A DNA stretch of 63,579 nt, counting the filler, from Pelomyxa schiedti (taxonomy: Eukaryota; Protista; Evosea), in NCBI GenBank assembly GCA_020536535.1. It is 10 parts of 10 records of this genome, joined end to end, with 100 filler letters (N's around TTAATTAATTAA, not from the genome) between each part and the next. Parts side by side here need not be neighbours in the genome. Positions count along the whole stretch, not along the records: positions 14,738 to 39,805 come from JAHLWZ010000578.1; positions 39,906 to 42,707 come from JAHLWZ010001879.1; positions 42,808 to 44,730 come from JAHLWZ010002208.1; positions 44,831 to 47,592 come from JAHLWZ010001897.1; positions 47,693 to 50,920 come from JAHLWZ010001790.1; positions 51,021 to 58,587 come from JAHLWZ010001352.1; 4 more parts are not named here. One strand, 5' to 3'. Positions 39,196 through 51,307 of the stretch are shown here, one piece after another (within the stretch, counting starts at the first letter, position 1; every line of letters begins with the position of its first letter). Position numbers and translations under genes: made by a program. A model generated the notes under the pieces. It was not told the origin of the DNA and did not search any database. It saw only the letters and a program-made list of their open reading frames with translations.

Positions 39196-39528
39196 ACCAG
39201 TGCGGAAGTCCACAACCCAATCCCAATTCATTCACAACCATCACACCGCATTGACATTGTCATTTGTGCCTTGTGTCGTTATATACAAACAGTTTAAATA
39301 AACAACCAGACAACATATTTCACAGCGTTACCTCTCTTTCCTCTCGAAAACTAATTGTTTTGACAAAAAAAAAACCCTTGTCCAACATATTTTTGTTTTA
39401 TTTTTAAAGTCCCTACCACCAACAAACAGCAATAGCACAATGCCCGCATCAACACCAATATACACCAAAGCAACCAACAGGACAGAAAAAAATAAACATC
39501 TCCATCTAATACTTTTGTATATTTACAG

Positions 39529-39805
39529 TCAGAAGTAGTCATCTTCACCGGCTGGATTTGGTTGGTACCACACTCGCGGCTCTGCTTTGGTGGGGTCCAC
39601 AAGTGTGTCTTGCGTTCTGTGTGCCGTGTTTGTGATTGTGTACCTCACTTGTATTGTGTCCAGGAGTGTGAAGTCCATGGCTGCGGTGGGTGACAGCGCT
39701 GCACCTCGCCCTTTTTCCAAGTTTGTGTACAGCTCTTCCACATCAGACTTGTACAACACGCAGCTGTTCTGTATCCCAGTGTCAATGTTGTCAACGAGGA
39801 CCTGG
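39529..39805 (-). CDS. 3' fragment of a hypothetical gene (truncated by linker)
   Basis: Frame open from the gap to the stop: QVLVDNIDTGIQNSCVLYKSDVEELY...RVWYQPNPAGEDDYF*. Confidence 0.45.
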
Positions 39806-42800
39806 NNNNNNNNNNNNNNNNNNNNNNNNNNNNNNNNNNNNNNNNNNNNTTAATTAATTAANNNNNNNNNNNNNNNNNNNNNNNNNNNNNNNNNNNNNNN
39901 NNNNNAAATAGGTTTGTTGCTATTGTGTCAATATCGCTGATGAGGGAATGGCTACCAACTGTGTTTGCTATCATAACCCTGCTTTTCATCACGGTTGGCT
40001 GCAAGTGATAATTGAAGTGAAATGGGCTGTTCCACTTCGTCGTATGGTTGAGTCCGAGTCCAAGGCAGTGTTGTTGCGCACAAGAGCTCTACCTGACTTC
40101 TTTGTGGTTGACAGTATCTTTGCACCCTTATATTCTGGTCTCTTCGTTGTGTGTACCAGATTGGGATGCAACTACTTGTGCAACTTAGTTGATGCAGTGA
40201 CATTCTGCTTTGTGATAGTGATAGTGAAGGCACTCAGTGCCATTACTCCCACTTCCAGAATGTATTATCACCAAGTACATCTTCGCGTAAATTCGGCAAA
40301 GGGAGCTCCCCACGCCCGGGTACACTCGGCTCATCGTACTTGTTCTTAGTACTCAATGCTGCTACGCTTTGGGGTCCATTCTCAGGCTGATTCACAAGTA
40401 TGGTGGTCTGCTCAGAAACGCTGGGCGCCGTTTCGTTTCCGGGCGGGTTTTTGTCGGCGCATTCGGTCGCGAATAACCGTAACCGCGAAGCCGACGACAT
40501 TGCCGCGTCGTCGCGTGCGGCTCGGTCCGTAGTTGTAGCGGCGCATGTGCCATAATGCTGTGGCGGTTGTGGGTGTGGGAGTCTGGACCGCGGCGCAGAA
40601 GGTGGCACGCTGTCCCTGCTATACGTTCGGGTGGAAGAAGAGACTTGTGGGATGTAGACACCTGGGTCGGACGACGCCGGGAGACACTGTGCCACGGGTC
40701 GCCATCGACAACCGACTTGGGCATCGTTGCCAGTTGCATTTGGGTTGTATTAAACGAAAAGTAAATTGTCCTATCAATTCCTTAGCATGTTCAGAGGTGC
40801 ATATAAAAAGCAACACCAGCCTGATGGGATTTTTGATGATGTAGAGATGTGATGTGGATTCCTCATCAAGCCACTGTCACACAGGCTAACAAAAAAGTTA
40901 CACATAGACAAAACAAATACTGTATAAACTCCCTTTTGTTTTGTGGTTGTATCTTAGGTGTTTATTGACAATCTTGGTGTGTATACCCAATAGTTCTTCT
41001 CAAGTCTGCCACAACAGAGGTAACAATACATATCAATTGGTGTTTCAACAAGTATAAGAATTTTTCATTTACACAGCAAGAGTTGCACATAAATTCCTAC
41101 AGTTCTTCTTAATGCAGTCCACAATCAAAAGCAGGGTTGTCAAGACAACCAAATACCAGGCCAGTCAGTTCCACTCAGGCCTGATGTGTATCACACTTCA
41201 ATCCTCCATCTGAACCCAATGAAGGCCCTCAACATAATTCCCAACTCCCCAGACTCAGCCAAATCTGCAGCCAACACCATCGTAGGGCTATATAATTTCC
41301 ACACCTCAACACTCCCACCAGAATTAGCGCGTGTGGAAGTCCGCGGGGCACTGGGTTGACCAACCCAGGCCAAAATCCAAACAACCACCATCGTTCACCC
41401 AAGATTTGAATACAATCCACCCTAAAGGCTTCACAGAGGTTTAAAGATGATTACAATAAACACCAGTATACCCAACCAGCAAAATAGAGATTTCCAGACA
41501 AAGTGCCAGGCACAACACCCAAGAAACAAATCACAGTTCTGGGAACTAAATTTACTAAGATGTCAGGTCTGAGTGCTAACTCACCGGGTCAGTGTCTCTG
41601 AGAGAGAGTTTGCTTGTGTATTCTACTGAATCACAGTTCTCTTTCGTTTGGTTTTTTTTTGGTCCAAACAAGTTGGATATGTTCGAGAAGGTGCCACGCG
41701 GCTTGTGATTCGACGGATTGTGGGAGGTGGTGGTCAATCAGCAACCAATTCTAAGGGACGTGGTTCACTGATTAAATGGGAGGCTCCACCAAGGCATCCA
41801 AGAACATAAAGGGAGACTGTTCAGAGCTGAGGAAACAACATAACAAGTGTGGTCTTCGAGCAGGAACTCAAACTCTTCTTCAATGTGGTTGGTTCCTCTC
41901 ACTCAATGATCGATACAAGCAGCAACAGAAACCCACGCGGCAAAGTTAATGACAAGAAGACCTCTCTGGATGAATGGCACAATCCTTGACATGCTGTTCC
42001 GTGATGCCTGCAAGGATTATGATACTGTCAACAGCATTAAACAACCCAGTCTGCCAATTAATGCAAGGAGAAGCCACCAAACGTCCATGAGGTTCCAGAG
42101 ACTCCACACCTTTGTGCAATGAAACACCGGCATCCAGGTAACATCATGGTAACACTGGCCAACACCAAAGTTTTGCAGACTCCATACATAATCTGGAAGG
42201 GGACACAGACAAGAACTTTTGGCAATGTTTGAGGTTTGCAGGCCCTATCAACAGTTTCAAACACTTTCAAAAAGACCAACCCAAGTGGAAGTGCCTCTTT
42301 TTCTCCCTAGGCAGTCGGAGACCGAAGGAATTGCCTACAAACCTTCTCTTCTGCACGCATCAGAAGCCCAAAAAGAAGAAAGAAAAACAAGGAAGTGATG
42401 CGGTGTGCCGAGGGCCGTGCCGGTGGTGCGGAGTGGTGGCGGAACGGTGTTGTGCTGGAGGCGGTGAAATTATGGGACACGCCGGGCCAATAGTCCACAC
42501 CACTCCCGCAGTGTGCTTCAAATGGTAGTGTGGGTTGTGGGATTGGGCTACAAAGTACCTACGCATCACTATTCAACAGATGGCATACTACGGCATTTTC
42601 GGCAAACAGCGGAATCTGTAACAGAATCAGCAGCAGCACACAGAGACAGGCACTACTTACTGTTCTGATATTATGACTTGAGTGACACCTTCGGGGGCAT
42701 ATTTCTTNNNNNNNNNNNNNNNNNNNNNNNNNNNNNNNNNNNNNNNNNNNNTTAATTAATTAANNNNNNNNNNNNNNNNNNNNNNNNNNNNNNNNNNNNN

Positions 42801-43727
42801 NNNNNNNGTGAGGGAATTCCTTCGGCATTGCTTAATGCAGATGTTCTTACCCAAAGGAAGACGAAGACAATCTGCTGCCGGGTGCCTTGTGTGTTGATAT
42901 TAGTTAGTTGTTTGTACTTCAATCCTCCGTGATAAAAAAAAAAATGCTGGTCTAGACGTGGAGGCTGGTTGTTTCTTCTCTTTTGTCACTTATGACTTGC
43001 TGTTTTGGTTGTTGGTCGCTGGAAACACTTTGAAGATATTCCCGGCACTCAAGCGGCCATTTTCGAAATTAATCTGACAAACACAGGAATGTTTGATATG
43101 TTAATTTGAATCATTCAAAGCTATGTGGGTGGTATTAGTACCACTCTGCTTATCCATTTCGTTTGTATTTATTTATTGTTTTATTGGCTTATATTTGCGT
43201 ATATTTGCGTGTTATTAACCAGTTAATGCTGTTGAGACTATTGAGTTATAGAAATGTTTATAAATTTTATTGCCGTAATGAGGAGACAGTATGGTTTGCA
43301 ATTCGTTCAGAATTATGGTGAACTAAGTCACTTTATATCCTGCAACAATCCATACCACAAGGCTTTCTGACTCAAGCATAGGGATCACTTTTTTTCGTAG
43401 TTCTTCAGCAAATCTGAACAGCTGAAGGAATCGAGTCTGCATGCTAGATTTCATCTCATACGATAATTTCTCCTCCAACAAACCATTCCACCAATTTCCA
43501 ATCAATATTTCTACCAGAGGCAACTCTATGCACCAATATGTGTTTAGCCAGCTTTGCAATACAAATTCGTCGTATACCTGGAATTTAGTCTTATCTCTGT
43601 TGTTGTGTTGTTGGAGTGCAGCTATAAACATTCAGTTCATTAAAGAATAATGGCAATGGCCCAGTTCAAATTCAAATTCGCGGCAAAAACCGCACCTATT
43701 ATCGCATGGGCACTACTATCTAAACAT

Positions 43728-43730
<3 letters not shown>

Positions 43731-43778
<48 letters not shown>
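43731..43778. repeat. (AAT)16 microsatellite
   Basis: Read directly. Confidence 0.9.
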
Positions 43779-43785
<7 letters not shown>

Positions 43786-44830
43786 CAAAAGACAACCTCG
43801 GTGTTTTCTCATTGGTTTGTCAAATGTCCAGTTTGTGTATGTCGAGTCTGATAGCTATAGCTTATCGATCCATTGCCTGTGCCATCCCACTTGTCTGGGT
43901 GTCAAGTCTTCTCTTTGCAGACTTAAGGCTTGCGTTGTCTCCACGAGTAGCGGTCACACTCAGACAGATTAAGGCCTAATACTTGCAGCGTTACCAGTGT
44001 AAGCATCTCCTCGTTGTTGATCAACTCGGCCTCAGTATCGTCGGAGGTAGCATGGGTCGCGGGGTACGGGCTCAGCTCGCAAAGGTGATTCTGATCACTG
44101 AGTGCGACTTCCACCGATACCCCCGACTTCCCTTTACGCGCCACCCACAACCGCCATGATGGTCATTGGTGACTGATACACAAATACCCAAGGTCACCTC
44201 ACCAGGTGCGTAGAAGGAATGAGGTACTGGCCCTGCATTGTTGCGGCAATGAGGAAGGTGGAATCCATGGAGGACCAACCTTCTTGTGAACATGGAGACG
44301 CAAAGAGCATCTTCTCCTCTGAGGAGGCAAGCTGGTAGGCTGTCTTCAACGAAATTTGATATGATCTCAGAAAGGTGGCAATCAAATACCCTTGTGTGTA
44401 ATCAGTTAAGAGTTCCCGACATTGAGAGCGATGGAGTTACCGCTTGGAGAGAGGCCACTGGCAAATAACCAGGATTGACATCATGCCGAGAGAGACATAT
44501 TGAGTCAGCAAGGGGACCAGCAAAACCTTGCGATAGAGAAATCGGGGATAAAACAGAAGGAAGAATGCGGAGATGCTGCAAGATTTGCTGCAAGAAAGTC
44601 AAATTGTGTGGCACAATCCTGAGATGGAAACCTGATTGTGGAGCTGTATGCGATGTACAATTGCCGGAGTGATATCTGATGTGAAATCTGTGCAGACTGA
44701 GATGTGCAGGGCATGCCAATACTTTGAATCNNNNNNNNNNNNNNNNNNNNNNNNNNNNNNNNNNNNNNNNNNNNTTAATTAATTAANNNNNNNNNNNNNN
44801 NNNNNNNNNNNNNNNNNNNNNNNNNNNNNN

Positions 44831-46902
44831 GAGCACTAGCGGGGGGGCCACCGCCCAGCCGCCAGTACTCCCTGCTGCTGTTGCCCCAACTACTACGGCA
44901 ACAACAGCAACAGCAACAACAACCACACCAGAAGGTGGCACCGTCGCCTCGCAGCCGCAGCCACCACAGATCATCGCGGCATCGGTTGTTGTTGTCAGTG
45001 GCAGTGGCAGTGGCAGTGGCAGCGCCGCCCCGCCGACGACGCCGGGGAGGGCTACGTCGCCGCCGGCTGCCCTTGGTCTTGGCTCGGCTTCGTTGAACAA
45101 CACCGGCGGGTTGTTGTTGTCGTCGCCATCGTCGTCGTCGTCGGCGATGCTCAACTCACCTTCTAAAATAACGTGGACTGTGGTGAATTGTGTGGCCTGT
45201 CAGTTGCCATCGCCGTCCATGCAGGGCACATTGCAGCACACCGTGGAGGCGAGATTGGCTAAGAAGGTGTGGAGATACATACCCGTAATCTACTAGATAT
45301 TAGTATGATACAACTGGTGGCAGTACACGTTTTTTTGGAATAGTTTGGAAAAATATTTTGTACAAAGAGAGAATTTATACTAGTAAGAATTGACCGTCGG
45401 CTGGAATAGGCAGTGCTGAAGACTGGCAGCCTTGAATTGGTGATGCTTTCGCCACCCTCGGCACCGCCACCTTCTCCAATAACTACTCCCATTCTATCTC
45501 TAAGCACTGCCTCTCCTCAACAATCCCCCTCACTCCCAAGTGCCCCTCCAACAGTCACAGCTTCAATTTCCACTGCCGCACTCACCTCTGTTCCATCTTC
45601 CCCAAGGCTAGCCTCAGGCAGTACTACGGTGTGCTATATGACACTAGTTGAGTGCTCTGGAGGCTGCTTCGTACTTTGCTTACTGCCTCCAAACGGGACA
45701 ACACAACAAGACATGGAAAAGTGAGAACCACAGTGTATCTAGATTTTTACCATTATTTTTCTTCTCTCGTAGGTTCCGCCGAGAATTGGGCTCCTACTGC
45801 TGTGAAGCAGTGGCTCTAAAATTACTTGATGATGAAGGCCGGTTACCTCAATTAAAGCAATATTTTTCCGATTGGTGGATAAGATGTGTACGTTTCTTTT
45901 CTTCTTTCTTTTTTTCACTTTTTCCAGGTATTATACTTAGCCCGATGCGTAGAAGAGCTCAGTGGCCATCTCGCTGCGTTCCTTTATGCAGTTTTGTTCG
46001 GAAAGCAGCTAAAGTTCGCCTCCGAGATTCCTGTTGATGCCGTAGATGACTTTGAAAGGTGCCAGTCTTTCCTTTTTTTTTCCTCTCACCGAGTTGTGCA
46101 GATTTCTGGAAACTATCAGCCTTGTTGGAAGGGTGCAGTCAGAAACTTCGGCGGCGATCCCAGCCACAACAACACCTTCACTGATTGATGACAATTCCTC
46201 GAGCATCCAATTGGGAATTGCCTCTCACACTACCACTATAATGGATGAGACAAGCCCGTACACATTGTCTGTAACAGGTAGTTGCCTTTCTTTCATCCCC
46301 CTTTGTACTAAAGTTATTTTTCCCGAAGAAACAAATCCATTTTGTCAACAGTGGGCAGTTCAGATGCATCTCAACAAATCTTCACCTATTGCTCTGCAGG
46401 ATCTAATTGAAAAAATGAAGATGGATGTACGTTCAGCATTCTTCCGATTTCCGAATATTAACGTTGCTGCATATTCAAGGTTATAACAGAGCTGAACCAA
46501 GCCCGCAAACTCATTGACCAAGCACGGCACACTCACCATGCTCTCTACAAGGCATACTACCACATATCAAACGCTGAGCTGTGCGAAATCCTTCTTGGGT
46601 TACTAGCCAAAGCCCATGTATCAGAGCTATCAAACCCGGGTTTCTCCGAGGTACCACTTCTCGTTCCCCGCGCTTGTTGAGAATATTATAAAAACCTAAA
46701 ACTACAATAGGTTGTGGAGATCATCTGTTCCCATCATTACTCCAAGAAAAGCATCAGCAACCCGGCACTCAATTCTGTGCTGTCAACCACTAGTTCTTCT
46801 ACTGCCAGTAGTACAAACACCACACCAGTAGTGGTACCACATAAAAACACTGCCGCTGGCGGATTTGGTCTTCAAAGGGTACGCATGGTACCACTTCTTT
46901 GA
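44831..46902 (+). CDS. C17orf75: Njmu-R1 / C17orf75 homolog (WDR11-FAM91A1 trafficking complex subunit), 5'-truncated by linker
   Basis: Spliced segments MEK|FRRELGSY, YFSDWWIRC..LARCV..LAAFLYAVL, DFER|FLETISLVG, TNPFCQQWA, IALQDLIEKMKMD|VITELNQARKLIDQARHTHHALYKAY. These parallel human Njmu-R1 as recalled: LELFRLELDKY, YLSSWFEDVV, DINRFLSVASLQG, SNRFCEDW, NHYALFKCY. Confidence 0.8.
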
Positions 46903-47407
46903 CAAAAAAATCTTCTTTGAACAAACAATGCTTTTTTGTTAAAAAAAACAGTACCATCACTAAAGACTCTGCAACCAATGCTTGATCTGTTCTGGCATTG
47001 ACCCAGGGCAAGGGCCACAGAGTGCAGTATCTCGTCGATAGTGATTCCAAACCTGCGCAGGGAATCATACATCTCCACGGCCCCCGTTGGTGCTGGTGTT
47101 GTTTTTGCTTCGGCGGCGCTGCTCGGCGCAGGCCGCGTCGGCGCATCGCCCGTGGTCGCGAGCGTCGTTGTGGTCTCCGTGGTGGCGGGGATCTCCGTCG
47201 TAGGAGGGGTCATCGTCGGCTTCTTCGTTTGCTCGGCATCGGGGCCTTTTTTTTTTTGGGTGTTTCCGTGACCAGAAAAAAATTTGTTTTTGAACGTCGT
47301 AGTGTAGCACTACGGTGATAAATTTTAACAACCTTAGAAGCTCCAACAGATAACCTCAAAACGGATTTCAGCAAACACCCACAAGTGTGAAGGGAAAATT
47401 TACTGTT

Positions 47408-47592
47408 TTATCACAAAAGGCTGTGCAGCCAAAGCTTGGTCTGTTCTGGGACCAAATCAGGGTCAGTGTAAAGTGCACGTATCTCGTCGATGGTGATTCC
47501 AAACCTGTGCATCATGAACATTGCAATGTGTGGTGATGAAACTATGTTGGGCAAGAATGATTGAATGAGGGTGGTGTCAATGGTGTTGCCGT
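47408..47592 (-). CDS. 3' end of a lineage-family protein (truncated by linker)
   Basis: ...NTIDTTLIQSFLPNIVSSPHIAMFMMHRFGITIDEIRALYTDPDLVPEQTKLWLHSLL*. Confidence 0.5.
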
Positions 47593-48473
47593 NNNNNNNN
47601 NNNNNNNNNNNNNNNNNNNNNNNNNNNNNNNNNNNNTTAATTAATTAANNNNNNNNNNNNNNNNNNNNNNNNNNNNNNNNNNNNNNNNNNNNGCCACAAC
47701 ATGCAAGTTTTGTAATTATTCGTTGCTGTGCTTCTGGGTCACCCTTCACTTCATTCGCCACCCAATCGCCGCTGTTCGTCACCATTGCAGCACATAAATC
47801 GACCCGTTTTCCTTTAAAAATGATGATTTCAGAAACTATTGCCAATTGTGACTCCAGCGTGATTAGAATTTAGAAATGCCATGGCCGTCGTCTAATAGAG
47901 TAAAGGGAATAGAGAAAAGAAGAACGGGAGATTTTACGTGCCTTAGTAGACACGAGTTTTATTTAACGTTAAAGCGCAACATAGATCTGGGGAAACAGGG
48001 GTTTAAAAAGGAACGGAGCAGGGAAGTGGTGTCAAACGGGTGACGTCATTGGCAGGTGTCAAAATTTAGGTCACCTCGCTACACCAATGTTTGCCCAAAG
48101 CTCCCCGAAAACGAGTTTAAGTTTTTTTCAGTACACTTTCAGAGTTTGTTTAACTGGTTTTCGAGTTGGTTGTCTCCCCGTAAGAGGGTTGTCCACTCTT
48201 GTTGGAAGTGCCCAATTCTGTGTTCGGTGCTCACTTTTGCCTAAAGTGGGGAATGGATATCCCATTTGTTGTTGTTGCACCGACTCGCCCCCCAGACCCC
48301 GTTTTGGAATCAAAAAGGAAAAAAAATTCGGTTCGTTAGAGGTGCAAAGGGGGGAGGCTGTCGAATTTTTTCTAAGCTGAAACCCCGCGGTCTGGTATTG
48401 AAAAAATTTAGCCAGATGAAGGCCGAGCTAAAAAAAGGTCTCCCTGTTGTCTTTGTTTGTTTCCCAACAGTGG

Positions 48474-50156
48474 TTACGTCGAGTTTGTTTTTCCTGTGAT
48501 TGTGGCACGACATTCTGGACACTTCCGCATGTGGGCAGCACACTGTTTTTAGTTGGTGGGGTTGTAACAACAAGGGTGAAGACACACCTGAGAGCAGACA
48601 ACTGTATGTTGACAAGGATGAAACTGCACGTTACAGATGTTCGTATCACATTCCATGCACTTGGTTGCCACTGACGCATGACTGCGTACTCCAGGTGATG
48701 CACCAGAGGGAACAGTGTTGTGTGATGAGGCAGTTCGACTTTGGGTTGCAGTAACTGGTGTACATACGGTGGCAAGCTGCCGAACATGCGAATCCGCGAT
48801 ATTTGTGGCATTTCCTGTTAGTGAGATTTCCACCTGCTTGAGGAAGTCATCGACTTCATCTGTTACATCCTTGAGCGAACTCCAGGCTCCTTTTGCGCCA
48901 CAGCCAAGAGGGCGGATGACTTGCTTGTTCTGGACCTGAAGCACGGCATTTCGGCTTGTTTCTTCATCTGTTAGACCAACATGTTCACATGGTGTACTGC
49001 CAGTAATTGCCAGTGGTTGCACTGGCAGCTCATTTACACGCAAGGCACCACCAACCCAGTCAATTGCATATTGATACCAGGTACGGTTGGAACGGTCCTG
49101 TGTACGGTGTCTCCTGCCACAAACAAATCCGTTGCAGCCATACACACGAAACCATACGAGTCCACACTGCGGGCACTTCTTGTACCTTGGATTGGTGTCG
49201 TCAGGGTTGTAGACCACCCTCTCAGGAGTTAAGTTGCTCTCAACCAGCAGTTTAAAGGGTAAGAAGATGTCTCTGAGCTGATTCTGGAAGGTTATCACCT
49301 CCATTGTTAAGTCCCACCTGTCTGTGAGCTTAGGTGCCACAGCAGTGGCGTGCTTGTCAGAAAAGACATCCAGGAAGTTCTTTAGGGAGAAGTACAGGGC
49401 TCTCTTCCGCTCGGGGGAGGTGGTGCTTTTGAAATCTGCAGTGTGTGCCTGGAAAACTCTTTTGAACTCTGTGGCCAGCTCGTCCCGGCTTTGCAAGATT
49501 GCAGAATCCAAGGTTGTGTCAGCCACCAGGTCATTGAATCTGTCAGTTAAAAATATTCCTTGCCCCCTTTCTACGCGTGGCATCTTTGGGATCCCAAGAA
49601 GTGTGTGGTCTCTCTCTGTTGGGTTAATGAACTTGTATATCCATGATGCCAAATCAGTCCCCGCTGTCTTATTGTCCTTGAAAAACACGTGGTCGACGTG
49701 CAACGTATGATGGAGGTGCAAGGATATGTCGTCACGCTCTTTGCTGTTTGGAGGCAGCATTTCACTGTGGGTAATGATAGTCACGAGGTTGGTGGTGTGG
49801 TTACTGAACAAGCGAAGGAGTTTCACACAGCGTAAAGTAAGATCACATTTCCTGGGTGTTGCTTCTTGCACAATGCACACCACCGTGAAGTGCATGGACT
49901 TGAGGGCTTGTGCTTGGACCTGCGCGTGCTTGACGATGTCTACCGCAGCATCAGTTCCTGGGAAATCCACGACTCGAAATGGTTGGTAAATGCAAGGAGC
50001 GTGCTGCACAAGACGTGTGCAGGAGTCGCCCAGGTCTGTGGTGCGAAAGCGGGAGCCAGAAAGTAAATTCACTAACGTTGTTTTGCCGGCCCCTACATGG
50101 CCAAAGAAGATGACATTGTCGAGGCCATCATCCCCAAAGTCCATTGTGGCCGACAT
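48474..50156 (-). CDS. P-loop GTPase (TRAFAC G domain) + RBR-Rcat-like Cys motif + C-terminal RING finger; 2 exons
   Basis: G1 GHVGAGKT, G2 DSCT, G3 DFPG, G4-like THSE; KKCPQCGLVWFRVYGCNGFVCG. Splicing a GT-AG intron at about 48543-48587 completes the RING CMECDTNICNVQFHPCQHTVVCSQ|CAAHMRKCPECRATITGKTNST*. Confidence 0.88.
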
Positions 50157-50252
50157 CGGCGTTTTTTTTTTTTTCTATTTTTTATTTTGTATTATTATTT
50201 ATAAATGGAGAGTGTTATTTTTTAACATCAAATTAAATAATAATACCATTAT

Positions 50253-50384
50253 AATATCTCTTTGAGTTGGATAGCACAATTTTACCGTAAAAAAAGACTG
50301 AGAAATTTAATTTTTTTTTTCAATATCTCTTTGAGCTGTACGACACAATATTACCGTAAAAAAAGACTGAGAAATTTAATTTTT
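50253..50384. repeat. Two-copy ~69-bp direct repeat upstream of the GTPase-RING gene
   Basis: AATATCTCTTTGAG...CACAAT.TTACCGTAAAAAAAGACTGAGAAATTTAATTTT at 50253 and 50322. Confidence 0.85.
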
Positions 50385-50677
50385 CTTTCCGATGACTCAA
50401 TAATTCAAAAAAGTGGATTTTTCCAAAGACAATCCTCTTTAAAATAATAATTCAAAACCAGCAAGAAAAAAATGAATCTGGATCTGATGATTTTTATTTT
50501 TGCTCCGAAACTTGTGTGCAGGGGGACAGAGCTGGGAAGCCTCAGTTCAGACCAAAAACATGCCCATTGTGGTATCGAAGGACAGTACCATCGGTTGTAC
50601 TGTTTCGCGGCGTGCTCTAAATGCGTTTTGCCTCGTCAGGAACCACGCTCAGATATAGGCAAATTTAAAAAAAAAAT

Positions 50678-50740
50678 TGGTTTGGCCGGGATCGAACCAC
50701 GTCTGTGGGGGGTAAAAGCCGTGACTAAAACAAAACCACA
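50678..50740 (-). pseudogene. Degenerate tRNA-like fragment (B box and 3' end) followed by poly-T
   Basis: Minus strand ...CACGGCTTTTACCCCCCACAGACGTGGTTCGATCCCGGCCAAACCA-ATTTTTTTTTT; no intact D arm or cloverleaf. Confidence 0.4.
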
Positions 50741-51094
50741 TTTTTTATTCTTTCAATCAGCTCTGGTCTGAGGCCCTCTGAAGGCATTTGCTCAGAAAGA
50801 AGCCAATCTCTCATGTCTTGCACAGTGAACTTTTTTTGTTCTGAGGTCACAATTCCTGCTTCCCACAGCACAATGAGTACAGGTTTCTCAAAGTGGTGCT
50901 TAGGACTGTCTTGCTTGTGCNNNNNNNNNNNNNNNNNNNNNNNNNNNNNNNNNNNNNNNNNNNNTTAATTAATTAANNNNNNNNNNNNNNNNNNNNNNNN
51001 NNNNNNNNNNNNNNNNNNNNTTGGCTCACTCAGTAAGGTGTTTGTCTACCACGTGGACCTTTGTGCTTGTTGTTTGGAAGAGGTTGGTTACCCC

Positions 51095-51279
51095 CAAAAC
51101 CTTCGCCCCTGGGCGAAGGTTTTGAGAGGAAAAAAAGCTTCACCCCATGGGCGAAGAAAAAAGGGCGAAGGTGTCAGTGTTTTCTGCTATAAAGCTTCGC
51201 CCCAAAACCTCCGCCCCATGATCCAGTTATGCTGCTATAAAGCTTCGCCCCAAAACCTCCGCCCCATGATCCAGTTATG
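51095..51279. repeat. Palindrome plus tandem-repeat cluster built on CTTCGCCC
   Basis: 14-bp hairpin CAAAACCTTCGCCC-CT-GGGCGAAGGTTTTG (51095-51124); perfect 48-bp tandem duplication at 51184-51231 and 51232-51279. Confidence 0.88.
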
Positions 51280-51307
51280 TTGTTGCACGTGCGCAGCGAA
51301 TTGACGT

